Origin: Minisyncoccota bacterium
Lineage (GTDB): Bacteria > Patescibacteriota > Minisyncoccia > Phycocordibacterales > Phycocordibacteraceae
Length of the DNA stretch: 64,000 nucleotides
Reading direction: 5' to 3'
Assembly (NCBI GenBank): GCA_022842945.1
Contig: JALHOO010000002.1
Location: forward strand, 25,030-89,029
Part shown: positions 1-10,307 of the stretch, in pieces
Layout of the letters: the number at the start of each line of letters is the position of its first letter
Numbering within the stretch: the stretch's first letter is position 1
The notes under the pieces: generated by a model
Seen by the model: the letters and a program-made list of their open reading frames with translations, nothing else
Told to the model about the DNA's origin: nothing
Database searches by the model: none
Translations under genes and position numbers: made by a program

Positions 1-337
1 TTCCTGTTGACGCACGGGTGTAGGTTAGGGTTGCGAGCGCCGCATTAAGCGCAGACACTGCACCACTCAGGCTTACTGACCCTGAACCGTTTCCACTCAT
101 CGTTACCCCATCAACACTAGAGAGACTCATCGTACCGGATGTAGTACGCAGCTTAACTGGGGTTGTAGACGCTGCTGGTCCCACAATCTGAAAACCACTA
201 ATAGAAGTAGCAACGTTTGGCGTTGTGGTGGCGTTGCTGCCCGCCGTAAGCGAGAGCGCAGCATGGACAGAATCGCCGAAAGAGAATGCGGCAACGCAGA
301 CCATGAATGTAAATGTGAGACCCCGGACCAACTTCAT
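1..337 (-). CDS. N-terminal part of a secreted Ser/Thr/Gly-rich repeat protein (signal peptide MKLVRGLTFTFMVCVAAFSFGDSVHA); ORF runs off the window edge
   Basis: Manual translation of the minus strand from ATG (complement 335-337). Hydrophobic signal peptide. No stop before coordinate 1. Confidence 0.4.
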   Translation of the reverse strand, partial: MKLVRGLTFTFMVCVAAFSFGDSVHAALSLTAGSNATTTPNVATSISGFQIVGPAASTTPVKLRTTSGTMSLSSVDGVTMSGNGSGSVSLSGAVSALNAALATLTYTRASTG

Positions 338-402
338 ACGTGAAGTATAGCAATGCCGTGAGCATTCGACATAGGGCACTTTGGGATAGAATCTTCTGCC
401 GA

Positions 403-431
403 ATAGTGAAAGCCCGGCATAAACCGGGCTT
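403..431 (-). terminator. GC-rich hairpin GTGAAAGCCCGG-CATAAA-CCGGGCTTTCAC downstream of the MBL/rhodanese/ArsR operon
   Basis: Perfect 12-bp stem seen in sequence. Weak U-tract. Confidence 0.4.
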
Positions 432-528
432 TCACGTACGTGTTGCTCTGGTAGGACAGGATTGGCACCAGGTTAGAGAATGGATTGGCCTGTTTTAGTG
501 CACTGACGTAACCAAGTTACGCGCAAGT

Positions 529-1449
529 CTACATTTTGCTCTTTGAAAAGACGCTATTGACCGGAATCTTGAGAAACTCCGCTCCGGTTTCCTGGTCCTT
601 AGGGATGTGTCCCGCTCGCATATTTACCTGAAGTGACGGGATGATGAGGCGAGGCATACCGAGTGTCTCATCGCGCTTCTTTCGAAGACTAGCGAAAGCT
701 TGTAAAGTTGTGTCTTTATTCAAGTGTACATTTGTACGCTTCTGCTCCCCAACAGTTGTCTCAAACAAGTAGTCTGTACGTCCTTCCGGTAGGTAGTCGT
801 GGCACATGAACATGCGCATAGATTCCGGTAGCGTGAACAACTTTTGTGCTGACGCGTGCATATCCTCTGCGCTCCCGCCCGGGAAATCAACCCGAGCAGT
901 GCCGTAGTCAGGCATGAAGAGAGTATCTCCTGCAAACACCGCATCCCCCACCACATACGTAATGTCTGCGGGTGTGTGACCCGGTGTCGCAATAACCAGG
1001 ACTGGAATATCGCCGATTGAAAACTCGTCCCCGTCCTTAAAGAGTCGGTCAAACTGACTACCGTCTCTCTCAAACTCTGTACCCTCGTTGAATACTTTGC
1101 CGAATGTTTCCTGCACATCGAGAATCTTCTCACTTATTGCAATCTTTCCCCCGAGCCGTTCTTGTATATACGGCGCAGCAGACAAATGGTCCGCATGTAC
1201 ATGTGTCTCAAGGATCCATTCAACATGATATGCGTTCTCTTCAATATGCTTTATTAACTGGTCTGCACTCTTACACGAGATAGTGGCGCTCTCTGGTTCG
1301 TAGTCGAGAACACTATCAATAACTGCGCACCTCTTTGATGCATCGTCCGCAACTACGTAGCTAATAGTGTTCGTTGCAGGGTCGAAGAACCCCTTAACGG
1401 AGGGGTGGTAGTTAAGCAGTGCTTCATAGTTAGACATGGCTCTATGCAA
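529..1449 (-). CDS. MBL-fold metallo-hydrolase, ETHE1/Blh-like persulfide dioxygenase candidate
   Basis: THVHADH metal-binding motif and glyoxalase-II-like fold. Operon context with rhodanese and an ArsR-type regulator. Confidence 0.7.
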   Translation of the reverse strand: MHRAMSNYEALLNYHPSVKGFFDPATNTISYVVADDASKRCAVIDSVLDYEPESATISCKSADQLIKHIEENAYHVEWILETHVHADHLSAAPYIQERLGGKIAISEKILDVQETFGKVFNEGTEFERDGSQFDRLFKDGDEFSIGDIPVLVIATPGHTPADITYVVGDAVFAGDTLFMPDYGTARVDFPGGSAEDMHASAQKLFTLPESMRMFMCHDYLPEGRTDYLFETTVGEQKRTNVHLNKDTTLQAFASLRKKRDETLGMPRLIIPSLQVNMRAGHIPKDQETGAEFLKIPVNSVFSKSKM

Positions 1450-1974
1450 TTACGCTCTATTCCATGGCATCTTAGCCAATAGCATGGTCATTCCGCACCA
1501 GCCAGTAAGTCCAGCTACAAGGAGTCCAACGCCCGCGACACCTGAAAGCACAAACCACAGAGGCGACACCATGAGTCCAAGAATATGTGCGATGACGATG
1601 AGTACACCGGCTGCAATAAACGTCTGCCGCATGAGCGATAGGCGCAACGAGATCTTGGCCGTGCCATACCCGGCTTCTTCCCAGGACAAGATTCCTCCTT
1701 CCACATTTACTAGCTCAGCCTTTATCCCAAGCGCAACTAGCTTCTCCATCGCCGCAACACCTCTACGACCGGAACGGCAATGCACGTAAATAGTTTTCTT
1801 GTCTTTAAACTCCTGCACATGGCGCTCGATATCATCAAGCGGAACGGAACGGACGCCACTGATGTGCTTTTCTTTATATTCAGCAGGCGTACAAACATTG
1901 ATGAAATCAACCGAGGAGTTACTCTTCTCTGCCTCTATTACTTCCTTGAACGACGAAACGGATATGTGCTTCAT
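1450..1974 (-). CDS. Membrane-anchored rhodanese (YgaP-like: rhodanese domain + C-terminal DUF2892 two-helix membrane anchor)
   Basis: Catalytic loop CRSGRRG. Hydrophobic C-terminal ~60 aa. 1-nt junction with the upstream MBL gene. Confidence 0.75.
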   Translation of the reverse strand: MKHISVSSFKEVIEAEKSNSSVDFINVCTPAEYKEKHISGVRSVPLDDIERHVQEFKDKKTIYVHCRSGRRGVAAMEKLVALGIKAELVNVEGGILSWEEAGYGTAKISLRLSLMRQTFIAAGVLIVIAHILGLMVSPLWFVLSGVAGVGLLVAGLTGWCGMTMLLAKMPWNRA

Positions 1975-2234
1975 TTTTGTTTGATTAGAACGAGTACCCT
2001 TCGCGCAAGGTCTGTATACTCTGGAGAAACGTTTTTATAATACACATGCCGGCCGCTTTCCCGCGTCTGCACGATGCCAGCATCCCGAAGCACCGCAAGA
2101 TGCTGAGACAACGCACTCTGGCTCAACGCACATTTTCGTAAGAGCTCACTTACCGTTACTTCCTTTGCAAGGCAAGCAATAAGCTGTACACGCTGAGAGT
2201 TGCCGAGCGCCCTGCATAGATCCTTGAGTTCCAT
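1971..2234 (-). CDS. ArsR/SmtB-family HTH repressor (BigR/YgaV-like sulfide-responsive type)
   Basis: 87 aa with a winged-HTH signature (SQSALSQHLAVLRDAGIV). Cys residues in alpha1/alpha2. 4-nt overlap with the rhodanese gene. Confidence 0.7.
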   Translation of the reverse strand: MELKDLCRALGNSQRVQLIACLAKEVTVSELLRKCALSQSALSQHLAVLRDAGIVQTRESGRHVYYKNVSPEYTDLARRVLVLIKQK

Positions 2235-2237
2235 ACC

Positions 2238-2263
2238 ATTATATTAGTATTTACTAATATAAT
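2238..2263. promoter_or_regulatory. Perfect 12-bp inverted repeat ATTATATTAGTA-TT-TACTAATATAAT, candidate ArsR-type operator overlapping the promoter/start of the regulator
   Basis: Seen directly, 4 nt upstream of the arsR-like start codon. Contains a TATAAT-like hexamer. Confidence 0.6.
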
Positions 2264-2353
2264 ATGCAAGCTTATCCCCGCTTGGTTCGTGCCCTACCAA
2301 CAGACCACTGATTTACCTACAAATCGTAACCAACCTAGTCTCGGCAGCAGTTT

Positions 2354-3085
2354 TCAGAGAACTCTACCTTCTTCTTCCCTTGAGCCCTCACCTCCTGCAG
2401 GACCAGTCTCTCTTGGCGAAGAGATTATAGTGTCGAACTCATCTTGTGTTATATATCGTGGCTTGTACACACTGCCGCGAGACTCAATCTGGGCAACAAA
2501 GGCTCTCAGGTGATTACGCGAGCCCTTTAAAAGATTTTGGTATACGAGTTTTATATCGTCATTGTCAGACTGAGCCAAGCGTTCTTGCAGATCTTTAATA
2601 TCGAGATCTTCGATGAGAGCACCAACCATAAGCGCATCCATTTCAGACCTTTGTCCTTTCGTAACAAGATCCGTATAGAGCTCTGCTAAATCTGAGTTAG
2701 CAAACTTCCCAGCAGTGTCGTCTAGAACAGGATCTGTAATGTTGTACTTAACAAGCACTGTTCTTACAGCCTCAGTATGGCTCTGTTCACTCTGTGAGAT
2801 GTTTTTAAAAATAGGAAATCCCCACTTTTCGTAAAGCATGGTGTACACATCGCGTGCAAGCTTCTCCTCCTCACGCATGAACAATAGACCCTCCTTCTCA
2901 TTTTCAGAAACACCTTGCACAGGCAGAGATGTAATCTGTGGACGTAAAGACAAGAAATCAGACGAGTCTGGCGTGTCGGAAACAAGTTCGCTTGTACCTC
3001 CTCGCAGCAGACTACCAACTACAACAGCACTCGTAAGACCTAGAGCGACTACTGCGACTGCAATGCCAACTGTTGTTTTTTTCAT
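2354..3085 (-). CDS. DUF2202 ferritin-like domain protein with N-terminal signal/TM anchor
   Basis: FMREEEKLARDVY-type DUF2202 motif. Hydrophobic N-terminus. Confidence 0.55.
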   Translation of the reverse strand: MKKTTVGIAVAVVALGLTSAVVVGSLLRGGTSELVSDTPDSSDFLSLRPQITSLPVQGVSENEKEGLLFMREEEKLARDVYTMLYEKWGFPIFKNISQSEQSHTEAVRTVLVKYNITDPVLDDTAGKFANSDLAELYTDLVTKGQRSEMDALMVGALIEDLDIKDLQERLAQSDNDDIKLVYQNLLKGSRNHLRAFVAQIESRGSVYKPRYITQDEFDTIISSPRETGPAGGEGSREEEGRVL

Positions 3086-3133
3086 ACTCTGCAGTATACC
3101 GGAGCAAAAAGTTACAAATTGATAATCCGCTAA

Positions 3134-3163
3134 TGGGAAACGGCGCCCTAAAGCGCCGTTTCC
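3134..3163. terminator. Perfect hairpin GGGAAACGGCGC-CCTAAA-GCGCCGTTTCCC between the DUF2202 gene start and the tRNA-like element
   Basis: 12-bp GC stem. T-rich run (TAAATTTGTT) on the plus side. Likely terminates the minus-strand RNA element at 3170-3200 and/or acts bidirectionally. Confidence 0.45.
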
Positions 3164-3169
3164 CTAAAT

Positions 3170-3200
3170 TTGTTGCGGGGGCCGGAATCGAACCGGCGTC
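3170..3200 (-). ncRNA. tRNA-like 3' module (T-stem GCCGG / loop TTCGATT / CCGGC, then acceptor strand CCCCGCA + A); no canonical 5' half within 100 nt; part of a ~400-bp ORF-free block
   Basis: Minus-strand read ...GACGCCGGTTCGATTCCGGCCCCCGCAACA. The only upstream match to the acceptor strand is GCGGGG near 3485 and TGCGGGA near 3582. Confidence 0.35.
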
Positions 3201-3571
3201 TGGAGGTTCTTTTACACTTACTGTTTCCAGCAAGAATGGACTATCCCATGATCCTGAACCAGGACCCTCCCATTATAGTCTCTGAACCTTTCCCGAATTA
3301 CTTCGAGACTTGGCTGCTGATTGCCGAATCTCCCTGTTTTTCGCGCATTCACGCTCATCCTTTCGGATCACGTTGTAGCACAAGGAGCTCTAACGGTATT
3401 CCAGCAATTTAGAGAGTTTTTCCACTACCCGTTACCGGATAGGGTCACGTTGTTCACATGAGCCTCCCGAGGTACCTCTCCTCTACCCCGCTATGCATTT
3501 CTTCACACAAGCGCACGAGCGCTATGTCCATAGAATACGCCACATCGCGTCTTTTGCAAGTCCTCTAGAAT

Positions 3572-4165
3572 CTAAATCTCCCCATGCTCCCGCATAACAA
3601 CTTCGTACATCGCAATAGTGCGGTGCGCCATATGTTCTGAAAGCTGGAACGCCTGTCCGCTATGCGCTATCTCGTTGCGCACTTTATGTGCGTCCCACGC
3701 ATGCTGGAGCGAACGGAACCTGCTGGGATCAACTGCCTTCAGTTTCTCCCCTACTGAGTTTCCTGGATAGCCCAACTGGCTCAACAAGTCGTCGAGCATG
3801 ATGTCGGCCTCGATAATAGCCTGGCGCCAATCACTCTCATGCGGACGCTCAACCAACTCTCGAATGTGTTCCCAGCGAGAATGGTCACGCTCCGTCTCTG
3901 CATGACTTGCGTGAATAGTTGCGTATAGCGGCTCCTCTTCCTTGCGTACCTGATGGAACCTAATGGTTGCGTGTATGAAAATAGCGAGCAGCGCTATAGA
4001 AGCGATAACTGCAAGGCCGGTAACCATAAGCCAAACACTTGAGGCAAGCTGAAGAAAGTTCGCCTGCAAAGAAAACCCTCCGGGGTTCGTGAGGAGCTCG
4101 TAGAGAAGCCTAAAGAAATACTCGACGTTTAGAAAGTGAACGGTTGGTTCTGACGTAGTACCCAT
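3572..4165 (-). CDS. Membrane-anchored protein with a C-terminal all-alpha domain carrying an R-x4-H (RNEIAH) HEPN-like motif
   Basis: One strong TM helix (residues ~40-65). C-terminal motif VRNEIAHSG. 9 nt downstream of gatA on the same strand. Confidence 0.35.
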   Translation of the reverse strand: MGTTSEPTVHFLNVEYFFRLLYELLTNPGGFSLQANFLQLASSVWLMVTGLAVIASIALLAIFIHATIRFHQVRKEEEPLYATIHASHAETERDHSRWEHIRELVERPHESDWRQAIIEADIMLDDLLSQLGYPGNSVGEKLKAVDPSRFRSLQHAWDAHKVRNEIAHSGQAFQLSEHMAHRTIAMYEVVMREHGEI

Positions 4166-4173
4166 CCCTCTGA

Positions 4174-5607
4174 TTATAGCGTCTCTCCCGTCACTTCTGC
4201 GCCCATAGTGAACAATAGGTCGTCAGCACCGTGCGCAGACGTGAAATGTATACCAACCGGAAGAGAAACGCCGTCTCTCTCAACCATTCCCATAGGTACC
4301 GAGATTGCGGGCATGCCGGTGAGGTTTGCGGTAACCGTAAACACGTCTTCAAGATACATAGAAACAGGGTCGCTCTTCTCGCCAAACCTGAATGCCGGAG
4401 ACGGTGTCGTTGGAAACGCAATCACGTCACAGGACCCAAACGCTGCATCATACTCAGCACGAAGTACATCACGCGCCTTATCTGCCTTGCGGTAGTACGC
4501 ATCAATATAGCCAGACGAAAGCACGAAGGTGCCCAAAAGAATACGGCGAATGGTCTCAGACCCGAAGCCTGAAGACTTGCTCTGTACATAGTCCTCAAGG
4601 AGAGACTCTCCGCGCTCTGCTAGCCCATACCGAATACCGTCATAGCGGGCAAGGTTCGCCGAGGCTTCGGCCGGCATAATCACGTAGTACGCAGATAGCG
4701 CATAGCCACTTGTTGGGAGAGATACATCAACGAGAGTGTGGCCCTTTTCGGTAAGAGCGGCAAGAGTGCGCTCAAAGCTCTCTAGCACATCCGCATCCAA
4801 GCCCTCAACGAGAAGATGCCTCGGCACCCCGATGCGAAGAGACTTCCCAACCTCTTTCACAGGATACGTATCGTCTGTAAGCGTAGTGGCATCAAGCGGA
4901 TCATGGCCCTTCATTACGTCATACAGGATCTTTGCGTCCGCAACAGACTTCGCGAGTGGACCAGCCTGATCTAGAGACGACCCAAGCGCAATAAGACCGC
5001 TTCGTGAAATGCGCCCGTAGGTAGGCTTCATACCTACGAGTCCAGTGTGTGCTGCTGGCTGGCGAATGGATCCTCCTGTATCTGTACCAAGAGCCGCGAG
5101 CGCCGTGTGCGCGGAAGCGGCCGCACTTGAACCTCCGGAAGAACCTCCCGGAACACGCGTGACATCTACAGGGTTCTTTGTCGGGCCGTATGCCGAGTGC
5201 TCGGTTGACGAACCCATAGCGAACTCGTCCATGTTGGTGCGTCCTACAAACAGCACTCCCGCTTCTTTCAGTTTCTTCGTAACCGTAGAGTCGTACGTTG
5301 CGGTGTAGTTCGCAAGCATCTTGCTGGCCGCGCTCGCCACATGTCCTTCTATAAGAATGTTGTCCTTCATCGCAAGCGGAATACCGCACAAGAGAGACGC
5401 ATTCTCCCCTTCCGCATCAATGCGTGCCTGAGCTCGCGCAATAGCATCAGCATCTGCAGGAAAGAGCTCAAGGTAAGCGTTCAGCTCAGGGTTTCGCCGT
5501 GCAGCTTCAGCACTACACGCGTCCCACAACTCCTGTACAGAAAAAGTCTTCGACCGCAGTCCTTTTGCGGCCTCAACAATAGTGAGCTCGTTGAGTGGTT
5601 TAGTCAT
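4174..5607 (-). CDS. gatA: Glu-tRNA(Gln)/Asp-tRNA(Asn) amidotransferase subunit A
   Basis: Amidase signature family, 477 aa from the internal Met (MTKPLNELTIVEAAKG). The 38-aa upstream extension in the ORF track is an Arg-rich overlap with gatC, so the start was moved to 5607. Confidence 0.85.
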   Translation of the reverse strand: MTKPLNELTIVEAAKGLRSKTFSVQELWDACSAEAARRNPELNAYLELFPADADAIARAQARIDAEGENASLLCGIPLAMKDNILIEGHVASAASKMLANYTATYDSTVTKKLKEAGVLFVGRTNMDEFAMGSSTEHSAYGPTKNPVDVTRVPGGSSGGSSAAASAHTALAALGTDTGGSIRQPAAHTGLVGMKPTYGRISRSGLIALGSSLDQAGPLAKSVADAKILYDVMKGHDPLDATTLTDDTYPVKEVGKSLRIGVPRHLLVEGLDADVLESFERTLAALTEKGHTLVDVSLPTSGYALSAYYVIMPAEASANLARYDGIRYGLAERGESLLEDYVQSKSSGFGSETIRRILLGTFVLSSGYIDAYYRKADKARDVLRAEYDAAFGSCDVIAFPTTPSPAFRFGEKSDPVSMYLEDVFTVTANLTGMPAISVPMGMVERDGVSLPVGIHFTSAHGADDLLFTMGAEVTGETL

Positions 5608-5902
5608 GGCTGATGATCTGCTTAACGGACAGCGAGTCTCCGCTCTTCTCTGGGAACTGCGCAACAATCTTCTCGGTCCAGGTACCCGATGCATACGGCT
5701 CCGTGTCTTCCCGCAATACATTACGCACTTCGCTCTGTACGCGTCCTGATTCAGGAAGCGTTAGCTCGTCGAGCTTGCCCACATACGCAAGAATGCTATC
5801 AAATTCAGTCGCAAAGCGTGCCAGGTCCGCTTCAGGGACCGTAACGCGAGCAAGACTCGCTAGGCGAGCAACATCTTCCGCTGAGGCTTTTGCAGTACTC
5901 AT
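5600..5902 (-). CDS. gatC: Glu-tRNA(Gln) amidotransferase subunit C
   Basis: 100 aa, GatC-like. 8-nt overlap with the gatA start. Confidence 0.75.
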   Translation of the reverse strand: MSTAKASAEDVARLASLARVTVPEADLARFATEFDSILAYVGKLDELTLPESGRVQSEVRNVLREDTEPYASGTWTEKIVAQFPEKSGDSLSVKQIISHD

Positions 5903-5914
5903 ACAGGCAATCTA

Positions 5915-7954
<2,040 letters not shown>

Positions 7955-7985
7955 CTACCCTATCGAACCCCTTGCCGCCCACTCC

Positions 7986-8447
7986 CTAATAGAAGACTTT
8001 GAGACCTCGCTCAACACGTCGGGGATCTGAAGAGGAGCACGAATTAAAACCGTTTGCGTAGATGTTTGTGACACCCGTCTGGTTCTTAAAGACCTGAACG
8101 GTGCCCTGTGTCCCTCCGGTTGCACACGGGATACTAAATTCAGACGTACGGACACCTCCAGACTGCGAGGTAGTAAATCCCGTAACAGGGGCACCAGCGC
8201 AGCGCACCTCGCCTGCCGCATTTCCCTGGTAGTCATAGCGAAACACGTTCATCTTCTGATCCCAGTAGAGCGCACATTCCATAGCAGAGTCTGCCGCATA
8301 GAACGCATACTGCGACTGCCGAGCTGTTGAGGAGAGGGTTACCTGCTTTAGCGCAATATCCAAAAGCGCGAGACCCACAGACAAAAGTACCGAGGTTAAA
8401 ATCATGGCAACAAGGAGCGTAAAGCCTCTGTGTGGAGTATGCATCAT
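7986..8447 (-). CDS. Pseudopilin/minor pilin-like protein (prepilin N-terminus RGFTLLVAM, lacks Glu5)
   Basis: Class-III signal-like N-terminus followed by a hydrophobic helix. Overlaps the upstream pseudopilin gene by 4 nt. Confidence 0.55.
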   Translation of the reverse strand: MMHTPHRGFTLLVAMILTSVLLSVGLALLDIALKQVTLSSTARQSQYAFYAADSAMECALYWDQKMNVFRYDYQGNAAGEVRCAGAPVTGFTTSQSGGVRTSEFSIPCATGGTQGTVQVFKNQTGVTNIYANGFNSCSSSDPRRVERGLKVFY

Positions 8448-8989
8448 AGCCAGTTGTAGAGACGCTCAGTAATAGTCACACTTCGTGCCTGCCCACGAGA
8501 CGTCCAGCTAACAACAACCGTGAGCATAATCTCAGTACTGGTACTTCCAAGTACCGGTGTGACACGAATGGTGCGTGTGTAGGGTGTCGCTGTTCCGCTA
8601 CCTGCCTGATTGTAGAGATTCCCTGAGCTTAGATAGAGCGGTGGATACGGAGTTGAGGTAACCCTACTAACCGTAAGCTGGGTTGGATCAACCACGCACG
8701 GAGCGGTGACACAGTTTGTAGAGCCTCCCGTGCCATCTACCCCAAACAACCATGAACGACCAGATTGTGTATTCATGAGTACATAGAGGTAGTTGCCGTC
8801 GCGAATACTGCGCACATACTCAACCCCCTCTTGCGCGAGCGAAGACGCGACAAGCTGCTCGCGTGCACTTCTGGACGCATTCAACGACTGCTGTACTGAG
8901 TACAGAGGACCAACCATTGCCGTTACCACCACCGTAACCGCAACGAGGGTCTCTATAAGCGTAAAGCCTTTGTGAGTGCGGTTGATCAT
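8444..8989 (-). CDS. Prepilin-type N-terminal cleavage/methylation domain pseudopilin
   Basis: KGFTLIETLVAV motif. Confidence 0.7.
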   Translation of the reverse strand: MINRTHKGFTLIETLVAVTVVVTAMVGPLYSVQQSLNASRSAREQLVASSLAQEGVEYVRSIRDGNYLYVLMNTQSGRSWLFGVDGTGGSTNCVTAPCVVDPTQLTVSRVTSTPYPPLYLSSGNLYNQAGSGTATPYTRTIRVTPVLGSTSTEIMLTVVVSWTSRGQARSVTITERLYNWL

Positions 8990-9594
8990 AGCTCTATGGC
9001 GCGCTGAGTGGCGCCTGTTTGTATCGAAAAGCTTGAGCTCTCACCTGCATCCGTAACCATAGTACCTGCCACAACAATAGTAACGCTTGGCTGAACAGTG
9101 TCGTTAGTAAGTGGATTACTGTCAGCATCAACACCGCGCACATAGAACCTAAGAGTAGTGATGTCTATTCTTGGATCGGTAAGCGGCACCGCGGTATCTT
9201 CTGTGCAGCTGAGTCCCGTACACTGCCCAATACTTCCATCGTTCTTCAGTATGTACGTGACACGATACTGCGAATCAGCGTCACCATCGCGGCACGTTAT
9301 ACCGTCAGGACAAAAGGATATGGAAGTCCCTCCGCCCACACAGTTCGGAGAACTTGCGTTTCCATTGCAGGCATACTCTCCTCCTGTGCGTATGGCACGT
9401 GCCATGCTCTCAAGAGCAAAGGATAGCGAGGAGGCGAGTTGGCCGTTCGCACGTGCCTGACGGTCAAGACTGATGAGCGTTACGTACGCACCCAGCACCA
9501 CAAGCATAACCATGCTGAATATGCCGAGCGATACAATGAGCTCGAGTAGGGTATATCCTCGTTTTACATTAGTGCGGTTCATTTTGTTGGACAT
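8986..9594 (-). CDS. Prepilin-type pseudopilin
   Basis: RGYTLLELIVSLGIF motif. Confidence 0.7.
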   Translation of the reverse strand: MSNKMNRTNVKRGYTLLELIVSLGIFSMVMLVVLGAYVTLISLDRQARANGQLASSLSFALESMARAIRTGGEYACNGNASSPNCVGGGTSISFCPDGITCRDGDADSQYRVTYILKNDGSIGQCTGLSCTEDTAVPLTDPRIDITTLRFYVRGVDADSNPLTNDTVQPSVTIVVAGTMVTDAGESSSFSIQTGATQRAIEL

Positions 9595-10307
9595 CCTGAT
9601 TCTCCCTCGGACAGTACGGACACCTGCCCTACCTTAGAGACCAGTACACACCGCTCTTCAACACCTCCTGGCGTTGAGACGCGGATAACGGCATTGGTAA
9701 GCACAACAACCGATCCGTTGGTGCGCGTACCGAGTATAACGGACTGCGTATTGGGTCGAAGATACGTTATGTCTATAGCCGAGAGGTAGTTTCCATTACA
9801 GCGTTCAACCCCAGCAGTGTCGTTCCCACAGAACCCACTTACTTTATAGTTGTTGTTCAGTGTATAGGTACGTACAATCTCTGACCCTTGCGTCTGCCTG
9901 CAGTCTCCTGGACGCGCCTCAGGCCCCGTACCCACCGTATGTCCAGGACACACGGATACGTTCTGTATGTTCCCTGTTCTTGTGGGATGCACATCTGCAA
10001 AGAGCACGTAGCTTCCTGCTGGAGCTGCGGCGAAGCGCACTCCGTATCCAGCATTCGTGGTTCCGTCAGTAAAGGCTCGACTTGAAATTCCTAGCGCCTG
10101 CGCTTCACGTATGGAGAACGCGACCGTGTACGCCGTGTCCGTAAGGATAAGACTGCGGTTAAACGAGGACTGCCCCACCAGAGTGATGACGGTAATGATA
10201 ACGATGATGGCGAGCACCACCATCATCTCTACGAGCGTAAACCCTCGAGAACCTTGTCGCACGAGGCGATTAAAGGTTTTTAGAATGTAAGCAGTAAGGG
10301 ATTCCAT
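9579..10307 (-). CDS. Prepilin-type pseudopilin
   Basis: RGFTLVEMMVVLAII motif. Confidence 0.7.
   Translation of the reverse strand: MESLTAYILKTFNRLVRQGSRGFTLVEMMVVLAIIVIITVITLVGQSSFNRSLILTDTAYTVAFSIREAQALGISSRAFTDGTTNAGYGVRFAAAPAGSYVLFADVHPTRTGNIQNVSVCPGHTVGTGPEARPGDCRQTQGSEIVRTYTLNNNYKVSGFCGNDTAGVERCNGNYLSAIDITYLRPNTQSVILGTRTNGSVVVLTNAVIRVSTPGGVEERCVLVSKVGQVSVLSEGESGCPTK

Noticed and set aside
2289-2513. 74-aa plus-strand ORF
   Set aside because: Antisense to the DUF2202 gene. Pro/Ser-rich shadow ORF.
3170-3590. Second tmRNA (ssrA) gene
   Set aside because: A complete smpB-ssrA pair with canonical ends exists at 29384-30280. This element has only a T-arm and acceptor strand, with weak 5' complementarity (TGCGGGA, 6/7) that would overlap a CDS. 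Kept only as a tRNA-like module of unknown nature.
4174-5721. N-terminal 38-aa extension of gatA and similar extensions on gmk, mazG-like, infC, rplC, rplB, pilA, RR and recG in the ORF track
   Set aside because: The extensions are Arg/Ser-rich, overlap the upstream gene, and precede an internal Met that aligns with the conserved protein N-terminus. Starts were moved accordingly.
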